Part shown: positions 10,025-20,503 of the stretch, one piece after another | Position numbering within the stretch: position 1 is the stretch's first letter | Layout of the letters: each line of letters begins with the position of its first letter | Origin: an uncultured Candidatus Peribacteria bacterium | GTDB lineage: Bacteria > Patescibacteriota > Gracilibacteria > BD1-5 > UBA6164 | Direction: 5' to 3' | Length of the DNA: 32,712 nucleotides | NCBI GenBank assembly: GCA_964438925.1 | Contig: CAYTMN010000001.1 | Coordinates: forward strand, 9,725-42,436 | The notes under the pieces: generated by a model | Database searches by the model: none | Seen by the model: only the letters and a program-made list of their open reading frames with translations | Told to the model about the DNA's origin: nothing | Translations under genes and position numbers: made by a program

Positions 10025-10031
10025 ATACGTT

Positions 10032-12653
10032 TTATACTCTAAATTTTTTTCTTTGAGATGGAGTTTGTGGAGGCATAAATAGAGGATTTGCTCACGTTGG
10101 AGCATCTGGATGATCTTGGATATGTGTAGCAAGATTTTCTTCTATTTGCGCTTCATTTACCACAAAGTCTGATGCATCGAGAGTGACCTCTTCTACCACT
10201 ACTCTAGCATCCTTTACGCTAAATATAGCTTTAGTAGTTTTATATTCGATCTCGTTAATAAGATGACGAAACTTTTCAAATGCTTTTTCTTTGTACACTA
10301 CGAGAGGATTTCTTTGAGCATATCATTCAAATGCAACTTCCTCACGCAGGCGACTCATAGAGTCTATATGGTTCATCCAAAGCTCGTCAATACTTTGTAA
10401 AACTATTCTTCTTTCAAGTTCAAAAAATGCTTCTTCACTCGTTGCAGTTCCACGAATTTTATGAAGCTCTTCTATAGCTATGTGACCTATATATTTTGAG
10501 AGTTCATGAGGTGTTTTTATTGCATTTATATCATCATTTTCGATGGTATCATCAATAATTTGAATTCATACAAACTCATTTACGAGTCCAGAGAGAGCCT
10601 TTCTATCTGCATACTCTCACATTCTCGACATTTCTCCTTCAACAAATTTACGGATTTGACTCAAAACCATTTCATGAATATCTTCATCGATATTTTCACT
10701 ATTAAGTATCTTATTTCTCTTTCCGTAGATAATCTCTCTATGTTTATTGATAACATCATCATACTCAAGTACGTGTTTTCTCGTATCAAAGTGATGTCCT
10801 TCAACCTGCTTTTGAACGCTTGTTACTTTATTGGTAAGCATTTTACTTTCTGTAAGTGGCTCATCATCAGGTAAAGATGAAAACATAGGAGAGTTAAATA
10901 CTCCAAAGAGTTTATCTCCTCAAAATATTCTCATGATGTCGTCACTTGGAGATACAAGATATTGTGTCACTCCAGGATCTCACTGTCTTCCAGATCTTCC
11001 ACGTAACTGGTTATCTATACGTCTTGTCTCGTGTTTTTCAGTACCGATGATAAAGAGTCCTCAAAGTTCTCTTACCTCATCTCAGAGCTTGATATCAGTC
11101 CCTCTTCAGGCCATATTGGTAGCTATAGTAACTGCATCTTTTTGACCTGCGTTTGCAACGATTTCTGCTTCTTTTTCATGATACTTCGCATTGAGTACAT
11201 TGTGGGGGATCCCGGCTTCTCTAAGTTTTTGACTCAAGTATTCTGACTTTTCCACGCTTACCGTTCAGACAAGAACTGGTTGTCATTTTTTATGAAGGTC
11301 ATCAATGAGTTTTACAACGTATTCAAACTTACCTTTTTCGTTTTTAAAGAGTAGATCAGGTTTGTCGATACGAACGATAGGTTTGTTGGTAGGGATAACA
11401 AGCGTTTCAAGAGCATATACTTTATAAAACTCTTCTTCTTCTGTTTTTGCAGTTCAGGTCATACCTGCGAGCTTCCAGTACATACGGAAATAGTTTTGAA
11501 ACGTAATACTTGCGAGAGTCTTTGATTCTTGTTTTATCTCTACTTTTTCTTTTGCCTCAAGTGCTTGGTGAAGTCCGTCTGAGTATCTTCTTCCTGGGAG
11601 AACTCTACCAGTATGTTCATCAACGATAAGCACCTCATCATTGACGACAATATAGTCTTTATCTCTTTTATACACTGCAGTAGCCCTCAGAGCGTTTTCT
11701 ACGTGGTGGAGGTCGTTATAGTGAGTTGAGATATAGATATTTTCAATCTTGAGGAGTTCTTCTACCTTTCCCACTCACGCTTCAGTAAGAGTTGCTGCCT
11801 TGTGTTTTTCATCTATTTTATAGTGTTCGTTTTCTTTGAGAAACTTTATGAGTTCTGAAAACTTCATATATTTTGAAGTTGGCTCATTGTCAGGCATAGA
11901 GATGATGAGAGGAGTTCTCGCTTCGTCTATGAGGATAGAGTCTACTTCATCAACGATAGCAAAAAACAGTCGTGATTGACTAATATCATTGTAAGAAGTT
12001 ACCATATTGTCTCTGAGATAGTCAAATCCTAACTCATTGTTAGTTGCATATACGATGTTTTTTCTATAGGCTTCCTTTTTTGCACTTTTTTCTTGATGAT
12101 GCGTGATAACTCAAACACTCAAACCGAGAGCATTATACAGTATTCCCATCTCTTCTGCATCACGTCTTGCGAGGTAATCATTGACGGTTACTATATGTAC
12201 CGGATTTCCTGTAAGGGCATTGAGGTAAGCAGGAAGTGTTGCAACAAGAGTTTTTCCTTCTCAGGTTTTCATCTCCGATATATTTCCGTCATGTATTGCA
12301 AGACCTCCTATAAGTTGAACATCATAAGGAATCATATTCCAAGTGATTTCTTTTCCACTTTGAAGTACAAACGTCTTTCCGTTAAGGAGTTTACAAGCTT
12401 GCTTTACGAGAGCAAAAGCTTCTTCTTTTATGTCATTGAGAATCGTTCAAATCTTTTCAGAGTCAGTAGGATTTTTAAAATCAAGACCTTGAAAAAGAGC
12501 CATAAACTCTTGAGTTTTTTGCTGTACTCATTCTTGAGTAAAACCAGCAAATTCTTGTTCTTTGAGGTGTATTTTTTCAACTATTGCTTGGTAGGATTTT
12601 ATTTTTTTTACGTCTGGGTCTCCGATAAGAGCTTTTATAATCGTTTCAATCAT
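10032..12653 (-). CDS. secA: Preprotein translocase ATPase SecA
   Basis: Minus-strand pieces ending at 12005, 11774, 10886 and 10298 are all in one frame. Start ATG 12651-12653, stop TAA 10032-10034. Walker A reads EMKT[G]EGKT, with TGA at 12261-12263. KLAGMT[G]TAKTEEEEF has TGA at 11454-11456. Other motifs: [43 protein letters not shown]. Confidence 0.95.
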
Positions 12654-12766
12654 GGTAAAATTTATTCATTAAATCGCACCAATTATATGAAAAAAACCAA
12701 TTTTTCCAACTTTTACTTTTCAATTCATTGCAGAAAAGTATACTGTAAATATATAACAAAAAAACT

Positions 12767-13366
12767 ATGATATCAGCGATACAAGGAAAAATACTCGAAA
12801 TAGACTTTACCAATGTCACTCTTATGACTTCTTGAGGGGTTGCCTATAAGATACATATCAACGAAAATACGTTTGGAAAAATATCGATGCAAGAGGAAAT
12901 ATTTCTGCATATCTATCATCACTTTACCCAAGATGCACAGTCTTTGTTTGGGTTTTTAGAATCAAGAGAAAAACTCCTTTTCATAGAACTTCTCAAGATA
13001 TCTGGTATAGGAGGGAAAGCGGGGCAGTCATTGTTATCTATGGGGTATGAAACGCTCGTTCGTGCTATAGCAATGAATGACGTTTTTTCTATTTTAGAGG
13101 TAAAAGGAATCGGTTCAAAAACTGCGGAGAAAATCATCCTAGAAATGAAAGATAAAGATATCATCAAAACAAGCTATGGAGAGTCTATGAGAGAAAAAAA
13201 CCAACCAAAAAATGTCCTCGATGATGCACTGTATAACGAGATACTCAAGACGTTGGTATCTTTGGGGTACAATGAAAAAAGTGTTGAAAAGATACTCAGA
13301 AATCTCCCAGAAGGACTTCATAGTGCAGAAAAAATAATCCCATATGTGATAAAACATATGGGATAG
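12767..13366 (+). CDS. ruvA: Holliday junction DNA helicase subunit RuvA
   Basis: MISAIQGKILEIDFTNVTLMTS[G]GVAYKIHI, with TGA 12833-12835 on the conserved Gly of the GVGY motif. Helix-hairpin-helix segments LLKISGIGGKAGQSLL and VKGIGSKTAEKII follow. Stop TAG 13364-13366. Confidence 0.9.
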
Positions 13367-13369
13367 AGG

Positions 13370-14476
13370 CTATTTCTTGATGATATTTTTTTTGTAAAAC
13401 ACGACTTCCTTTCCTCAGTTAAAAAGCTTTCTTCTTTTCCACATGTCTCTTTCTTTTGTGTCAAATTCATAACTCGTAATGATTCATCCACTCAACTCAG
13501 GATTTTTTCTGAAGAGATTTCGTATTTCTTGGTATAAAGAGTCTATATCAGAGGGGATGAGTCTATCTCCATATGGAGGATTACTCACTATAGTCCCGCT
13601 AAGAGTTGCTGCTTCATACTCAGTAAAGTCTTTTTTTGAAAATTGGATAAGACTCTCAACTCCAGCATTTTTTGCATTTTCTTGTGCAAGTTCAACACTC
13701 GCTTCATCTATGTCAGAAGCGATAAGAGTATAGCTTCAAGTATAGAGCTTTTTCTTTGCTTCTTCTACTACTTTTTCCTTGAGTCCAACAGGGAAAAAAG
13801 AAAATTTCTCGTATGCAAAATCTCTCAAAAGTCATGGTGCTCTGTTTTGAGCTATCATTGCTGCCTCTATGATGATAGTTCCACTTCCACAAAATACATC
13901 ATAAAATGGTTCTTTAAATCTCCAACCAGAAAGCAGTACGAGTCATGCTGCGAGGTTTTCTTTGAGAGGAGCTTCAACAGTACTTTTGCGATATCATCTC
14001 TTATGGAGCCCATCTCCTGAAGTATCTAGCATAATAAGTACTTCATCTTTTACGATAACTATTTCTATATCGATAACTGGTTTATTTCCATCTTCTTCTA
14101 TAAAACTTCCTTTTCCTCCGATAACATCAACGATAGCTCTTTTCGATATTTTTTGTATTGTTGGAGTACTTGTGAGAGCAGAGTGAATAGACTTAGCATT
14201 TACGATAACAGGATTTCCATCTATATATTTTTTCCAAGGAACTTTTGAAATACTCTCATAGAGTCCATCAAACGTGTCTATTTCTTTTGCACTTCCTAGG
14301 AGGATATACACTTTATTTCCAACTCTCGACCACATATTTACTTTCGCAACCGCCTCTTCATCACCATCAAAGATGATGACTCTATCGCGTCACTCAAGCA
14401 CGGTATACCCAAGCATCTCTATTTCTTTTCGAGCGATGCTTTCTAATCACAAAGAACACGAGAGAACTAACTTCAT
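13370..14476 (-). CDS. THUMP-domain class I SAM-dependent RNA methyltransferase (RlmL/RlmK-like, UPF0020)
   Basis: Start ATG 14474-14476, stop TAG 13370-13372. N-terminus MKLVLSCSL[G][14 protein letters not shown]. Catalytic region: GDGLHKR[G][36 protein letters not shown]. Confidence 0.85.
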
Positions 14477-14557
14477 ATTTTTTTAAATTCTTTACAAATA
14501 CGATAAACTTTTTACTATAACAATCATAGTGAAAAAAGTATTTTAAGCCAATTTGTT

Positions 14558-15586
14558 ATGAATATTTCTATTTTTGCAGCGATTTGATGTAAAAACCTCT
14601 GAGACGAACTCATCCTAAAAAATGAAATAGAAATTTTAGAAAAAAAGTATAAAAAAGAAGAGCAATTTCCAAGATTTAGAGTCTTTAGCTATGCGCCAAA
14701 AAAACCTTTTTTTCAAAAGGAAAATGTCGAATATGTAGAGTATTTTCCAAATGGTTCTAGACTAGGGAACAGGAAAAAAAACCTGAAAAATTATCTCCAA
14801 TTCCTCAAAACTATTTTTTGGTCAGACCTCATAGTTATAGGTGGAGGAGGACTGTTTTACGATGGGGAAGTTCAAGTATCAGACAAGTCACTTGATCTTT
14901 GGCTTTTACGTATGAAACACTTTCGTTTTTTTAGAAAAAAGGTGGTGTTTTATGCAGTAGGGGTAGACGTAAAAAACAAGCAAAATCTCGCAAAGATACG
15001 CCGTATATTTTCTGGAGCTGAAAAAGTGTATGTGAGAGATGAGACATCGAGAAGAATACTTTTTGAAAATAAAATAGCATCACATGAAATAGACGATCCA
15101 GTATTTCACGATAACCCCCTCTATAACCATAAAAAATCTCAATTTATCAAACTTCTCCACTCAAAAACTTTTTCTCTCAAAGAACTCAGCGATATAGATG
15201 TAGAAGGGAAGAGGATAGGAGTAGCGTTTCGTGCAGGGTATCTCTCTGGAGCTAACAATGAAGAGATAGAAGTCGCAAAACTTTGGGAGATGATACACTT
15301 TCTTGTTGGGAAGTGAGCAAAAAAAATTATTTTTCTCCCACATAGTATTCACCCAACAGATACTTCAGCAAATGACTACCATTTTTTGAAACAATTTGTA
15401 AGCACGAAAGTAGATGTAGTGGATACCATAGAGGAAGTGTATACATACTATACAGAACAAAAAATGGATATATGTTTTGCTATGAGGCTTCATTCTATCA
15501 TATTGAGTCAAGTCTACCATATTCCATACGTTGCCTTTTCATACTCTCAAAAGACCATCGAAGCCATAAAAAAAATCACTCGTTAA
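14558..15586 (+). CDS. Polysaccharide pyruvyl transferase family protein (CsaB/WcaK-like)
   Basis: MNISIFAAI[G]CKNL[G]DELILKNEI..., LIVIGGGGLFYD, ...VRDETS..., ...FAMRLHSIILS. Three same-frame pieces are joined by TGA. Stop TAA 15584-15586. Confidence 0.7.
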
Positions 15587-15598
15587 GAGTGATTTTTT
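15570..15598. terminator. Bidirectional terminator
   Basis: AAAAATCACTC (15571-15581), loop, GAGTGATTTTT (15587-15597). It spans the pyruvyl transferase stop and lies just downstream of the convergent pilin gene. Confidence 0.75.
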
Positions 15599-15612
15599 AA
15601 AGTGAAACAATA

Positions 15613-16236
15613 TTAGTTACAGTAAACGATAGGAGCAGTGATATCACTTGTGTTACCGTTGATTACAACAGTATCAGTTGCAGCTGGAACAGCAGGAGTT
15701 GCAGCAGTTGTACAAACTCAAGTTTTTACAGCAAGTGTACCAGTTGGATTGTATGTAGTAGCGAGTGTATTTGTAGTGATTCACATTTCAAGTCTTGCTA
15801 CATCATTTCCATCATCTTTAAGAGCCTTATCAGCAACATTATTTGCATTTTCAAATGCAGTTGATACTTCGTAGATAGAGTTAACTATACCATTTTGAGT
15901 TCCAGATACATAAGCATATCCACAGTACTCAGTAGCAGCAGTACTTGTTCCTTTATTACAACTCTTTCCATGCTTAGGATCTTTTGGAAGTTGTTGGAGA
16001 AATTTCATAATATCTACGTGGAGTGTATCTCCAGCAGGATACTCATATTTATCAGAGTATACTTGTTCTATAGCACCACGAAGAGTAGTAACGTCAGTGT
16101 ATCTTGTACTATCTCTCGCTTTTTGGATTTGACTTGTATAAACTCAAACTGCACCAGTTGCAAGGATACCGATAATCGTGATAACTACAAGGAGCTCAAT
16201 AAGAGTAAAACCTTTTAATAAGCTAATTTTTTTCAT
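15613..16236 (-). CDS. Type IV pilin / pseudopilin with a prepilin N-terminal methylation motif
   Basis: Start ATG 16234-16236. MKKISLLKG|FTLIELLVVITIIGILATGAV[G]VY is the class III signal peptide, with the G/F cleavage site and Glu at +5. The C-terminal part contains Cys residues. Stop TAA 15613-15615. Confidence 0.85.
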
Positions 16237-16261
16237 ACTGTAGGTTATTTGTAAAGTAAGT

Positions 16262-16296
16262 GCGTCAATTATATGACGCTTACCCGTTCTTGTCAA
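16262..16296 (-). promoter_or_regulatory. Consensus sigma70 promoter of the pilin gene with an operator-like palindrome over the -10 box
   Basis: On the minus strand: TTGACA (16291-16296), 17-nt spacer, TATAAT (16268-16273). The perfect inverted repeat GCGTCA (16262-16267) / TGACGC (16274-16279) brackets the -10 hexamer exactly. Confidence 0.6.
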
Positions 16297-16551
16297 AAGA
16301 AATTCACGTACTGCTCTTGAGGATTATCGCAAAATATATGTAAGTAGGAAGTAGGAAAACGAGTAGTAAACTTATTTTGGAAAAGAGTTTTTTAAAAAAT
16401 CTCAGAAATTTTTTAAAAACGCCTGACTTTATAGCATATTTAAGGGAAATTAACTTTTGTTTAATTTTTTACTACAAAAAAATACCTGTTTTTTGCTTTT
16501 TCTTTCCTGTTTCAGTACATTTTACTTTCTGTTTATTTGAGAGAAAAAACA

Positions 16552-19500
16552 ATGAAGGTGTTCAAGAAGATAATATACCTTGTACTTTTGCTTTTCTGTA
16601 AAGTGAGTCCGATTTTCTCAGCAGCAGAGTTATTACCGATACAAGTAAGTTTTCAGCAACCAACATATTTGCTGCAAAAGGACCAGATATTGGATACATA
16701 TGAGTGTGACTCTACAAAGCCAGAGTGCAAGGTAAATCTCGATATTACTCCCACTTTTTGAGATGTAAGTGCATCGAGTTTCAACTGCCATATAGACTTT
16801 TGATTTGAAACTCCAGAAAGTGAAAAGTGTAACCCTGGAACAGTGAGTATGCCAGTTTGAGAAACGCACGTACATATACAAGTTTTTGAAAAAAATAATC
16901 CATCAAATGTAGGGCAAAGAGAGATAGTCATAAAAAATACTCCTCAAAATTCAAATGTATGAATGGTTCTCGATGCAAGTGAGACGGTAGTTATTCCAGA
17001 TATTCTCTACACGTTGCAGACTCCTTCATATATTGAAAAAGTATCTACCTGAAGCCAAATATCGCAAACAGGAAGTATAGATACATATGTGTGTGACACG
17101 ACAAAACCTGAGTGTAGTGTAAACATTTCTTTAGAAGATACTTTTGGCTGATACATTCCTAAAAAATTCGCTTGTGAAATTGCATTTTGATTTGTGTCGT
17201 GAGAAGAAAACAACTGTAACCCAAATACGGTTACTTTTCCTGAGTGAGACTATATTGTCACATTTAAAATATATGAACTCCTTCATCCAGAAAATGCCAA
17301 GTCTACAAGTATAAAGATTATACATTCCACAGAAAAAAGAGAAATTCCAGAACCAATTATTACTGTCCAGAGTGGGCTTTCTCTTGTGTGAGAAATGTAT
17401 GAATGCAGAGCGAAAGATTGCACTGTAAACTTTTCTGCTCAAGACTCTTTTACTGGAGGATTTGTAGAACAAAACTATACGTGTAGTTGGGACTTTTGAA
17501 GCGGAAGTATACAAACGAGTACTTCTTGTAACCCTTGATACATCCACTTTTCTACAGGTGAGCAAAAGGCGACTCTTTCTATATATTCAAAAGAAGATGC
17601 AAGCACCTCTCGTCAAACTCAAGTGGTGTTTCATAATCCTTTTTTTACTTCTCAGACACAAACGGGCAGTACCTCTTATGAATTTTCTATTGAACCAACC
17701 TTTCAAACACCTAGCTCTATACAAACACAGTGACAAGATCTATGGTGCGATCAAAGCAAAGAAGAGTGCAAGATAAACATATCTCTTGAAGAAAACCTTA
17801 GTTGAGCTAAAGCTTCTGACATTATTTGTCGTGTAGATTTTTGATTTGTTGCATATGATGACTGTAACCCAACCACAGTTCTCGTACCGAGATGAGAACA
17901 TATTTTAATCCTCAGTATATCTCATAAAGATGTGCCAGATACTGTTATATCGAAAAAATATAATATCCATAATACTCCTCAACAACTGAGTATTCCACAA
18001 CCAATTATTTCTATCCAGAGTGGCATAATACAAGCATCATCATGATTGGTATGTAAAAATGAAAAATGTAGTATCAATGTTTCCGCTCTCGAGAACTTTA
18101 CGGGAAGTATTTCTCCTGAAAAAATAGGATGTGAATGGGATATGGGTGGTATACTAAGTTTTACAGGAGCATCACTTAAAAGCTGCAATCCTTGATACAT
18201 TTCGTTCCCAGAATGAGTACATACGATACGTTTAAAACTCTATGAAAAAGAGGACATATCAAACTTTTCCGAGAGTTTGCTCGTTTTTCAAGCCTCTACG
18301 AAAAAGATACAGGTGGCAACAGCGTGAGCACCACAAGAAGAAAGAAAAATACAAATACAGTCAGGACTTGTGCAAAGCAGTCAATGATATGTATGTGAAA
18401 AAGAAGAGTGTAAGGTCAATGTAAAATTTCCATCACATACATATGAAGCGTGCACGTGGAATTTTGGTACAGGGAAAGTCCAGAGAGAATCTAAAAGTTC
18501 ATGTAATCCTTGAATAGTTTCTTTTTGACCATGAGAGCACAATATTTCTCTCGTAGTTACAGACGAAAAAAGCCAACAATCATATGCTTATACACTTCAA
18601 TTTCAGAACTTATTTTCTGACATTCCAGAACTATATTCTCCTCCCATAGCACAAATAACTGTTGACGGAAAACTTTCAAAAAATAAAGTCATTCAAAAAA
18701 AGAACTTTATTTGTTACACACAAGACACTTGTAGCCTGAATCTTTCCTGAAAAGAAAGCTTTTCACTGGACAGAAAAAACCTCGAGTTTTACTGGGATTT
18801 TTGAGATGGAGAGACTTCAACAAAGGCCAATCCAAAAGCAAAAAAATTCTTACTTTGAACGTATACAGTAGTTTTGAAAGTGAGTGATGGGGTAAGTACT
18901 TCACAAGATGTTCTTACAGTACAAATTCTCAAAAAGTGAGATATTCCTCAGATACTCGAAGATGCACATATCTACTCTTCACTCAAGATAAAATCTCTTT
19001 TCCCAAATCCAGAATGAAAAGATAGTGATGAGTGGGTACAGCTCGAGAATACTTCATGGAATATATTGCACCTCAAATGACTCATCATACACTCAAGTGG
19101 TGATAAAAAATATACTATAGAAGAAAGTATCTATCTTTTACCACGTGCTACAAAAAAGTTCTACAAAGACCAGACACATTTGAGTCTTAAAAATCAAGAT
19201 GGGGAAGTATCTATTTGGTATAACCAACGTCGTGTAGACTTTCTTTTTTGGAGTTTTCCTGTACGACCGTGAAGTATTATCACCAGAGAAAGTTTAGAAA
19301 TATCTTCCCAGAAAGTACAAGTTTTACACGTCATTGATGGAGATACTCTGAGTATTGTTTTTGATGATGGTCACTCTGAGAAGCTCAGACTCATAGGCGT
19401 TGATACTCCAGAAACAAAACATCCAAAGAAAAAGGTCCAAGAGTTTGGGAAAGAAGCGTTTGAGTTTACTCGTACATCTCTTGAGTGACAAACGGTATTT

Positions 19501-20472
19501 CTCCAGATAGAAAAACAAAACTATAGGGACAAATATGGGAGACTTTTAGGATATATCCGTCTAGATGGACAAGAAAAGACATTTAATCAAATACTTATAG
19601 AAAAAGGATACGCTCGAGCATATCTCTATTTTCCTTTTGTATACTCAGAAGTATTTAAAAAAGCGGAAAAAGAAGCAAAGGAAGCAAAAGTATGACTTTG
19701 GGCTGATAAAGAACTTATCAAAGAAACTCTTCCAGAACCAGAGACACTTCCGCCTTTACTACATGACTTTTCTTTTTCTCAAGTCTTCGAAACTCTCGAT
19801 GATATTTCTTACTATTTTCAAGTAGAGCAGTATGTACCAAAAAATCTATCTCGGAGATCTACTATACTTGCTCTTTTCTGAGAAGATATAGAGCATAAAA
19901 AAGTGTCTAAACTGTGACAAAAAACAAAACAAGTAGCTTTATCCAAAAAAGAAAAAATTCCTTTTTCTCTCAAACTTTCTCTTTTAAAGTCATGAGTAAA
20001 AGTCTCTGGGAAAACAAAACCTTTGAGTCTGGTAAAAGTTCATATATTTCGAGAAGAAGTATCTCTACAAAGCGATAGTATAGGAAAGTTTTCCTATCTC
20101 TATACTTGACCTCTTGTAGAGTGACAACAGCTATTGAAAGTCCAGATTTTCACAGAAAATAGGGAAATTCTCAAGGAAAAGGAAAAAATATTTACCATAA
20201 CTCCTGAGTACAAAACCGCTGTTCTCCTCAAAAAACAAAAGGCAGCTGCAAAACTCAAAAACACAAAGAAAAAATCTACAAAAAAGAAAGGTGCAAAGAA
20301 AGTAAAATCTATACCTTTTCTAACAACAGTCTCAAAAAATTTTCAAGAAACTCCACAAAAATCTCTCAACTATGATATGATCTTTCTATATATATTTATT
20401 ATCGTGTGATGTGGAGGTGGATGATGATATATACTTCAATGAGTCCTAGAAAAAAGAAAACAAAAAATATAA
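16552..20472 (+). CDS. 1306-aa secreted, C-terminally membrane-anchored multidomain nuclease (seven PKD-like repeats, lamin-tail domain, SNase/thermonuclease domain)
   Basis: The frame is open from ATG 16552 to TAA 20470-20472, with only TGA interruptions. Signal peptide: MKVFKKIIYLVLLLFCKVSPIFSA. LTD at about 18982-19290: FPNPE[G]KDSDEWVQLENTS...LK[G]. SNase at about 19315-19710: VIDGDTL, RLIGVDTPET, KYGRLLGYI, AKV[G]LWAD. A Lys-rich tract follows (about 20218-20310), then a terminal hydrophobic segment MIFLYIFIIV[G]CGGG[G][G]YIL. Confidence 0.85.
16627..18960 (+). repeat. Seven tandem protein-coding repeats of about 105-130 codons (Cys-containing PKD-like modules) inside the nuclease gene
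   Basis: The recurrent pattern is C-x(5-6)-C-x-[VI]-N...C-x-[WI]-DFG...CNP[G]...G-x-H/Y. CNP codons fall at 16828, 17215, 17527, 17863, 18184 and 18502, all in the same frame. The seventh unit is a canonical PKD domain (FYWDF[G]DGETS...GTYTVVLKVSDG). Confidence 0.7.
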
Positions 20473-20499
20473 AAAAGGAAGGACAACCTTCCTTTTTTA
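20473..20499. terminator. Bidirectional terminator between the nuclease gene and the VIT-vWA gene
   Basis: AAAAGGAAGG (20473-20482), ACAA loop, CCTTCCTTTT (20487-20496), followed by a T-run. Confidence 0.75.
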
Positions 20500-20503
20500 T
20501 AGA

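Noticed and set aside
12093-12770. 225-aa plus-strand ORF, the longest ORF in this region of the supplied track.
   Set aside because: It lies antisense to the N-terminal half of secA. Its product is low-complexity (rich in F, S, Y, K) with no motif. The secA frame on the opposite strand carries unmistakable conserved motifs.
16330-16360. A short direct repeat (gtaggaagtagga) and A/T hairpins in the pilin-nuclease intergenic region.
   Set aside because: The repeat is too short and has too few copies to be a CRISPR or tandem-repeat feature. It is compatible with chance in AT-rich DNA.
17131-17565. 144-aa minus-strand ORF. Similar antisense ORFs occur at 16633..16931, 17007..17213 and 17979..18200.
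   Set aside because: All are antisense to the nuclease gene, whose repeat structure and single continuous frame (CNP codons all in phase) show that the plus strand is the coding strand.
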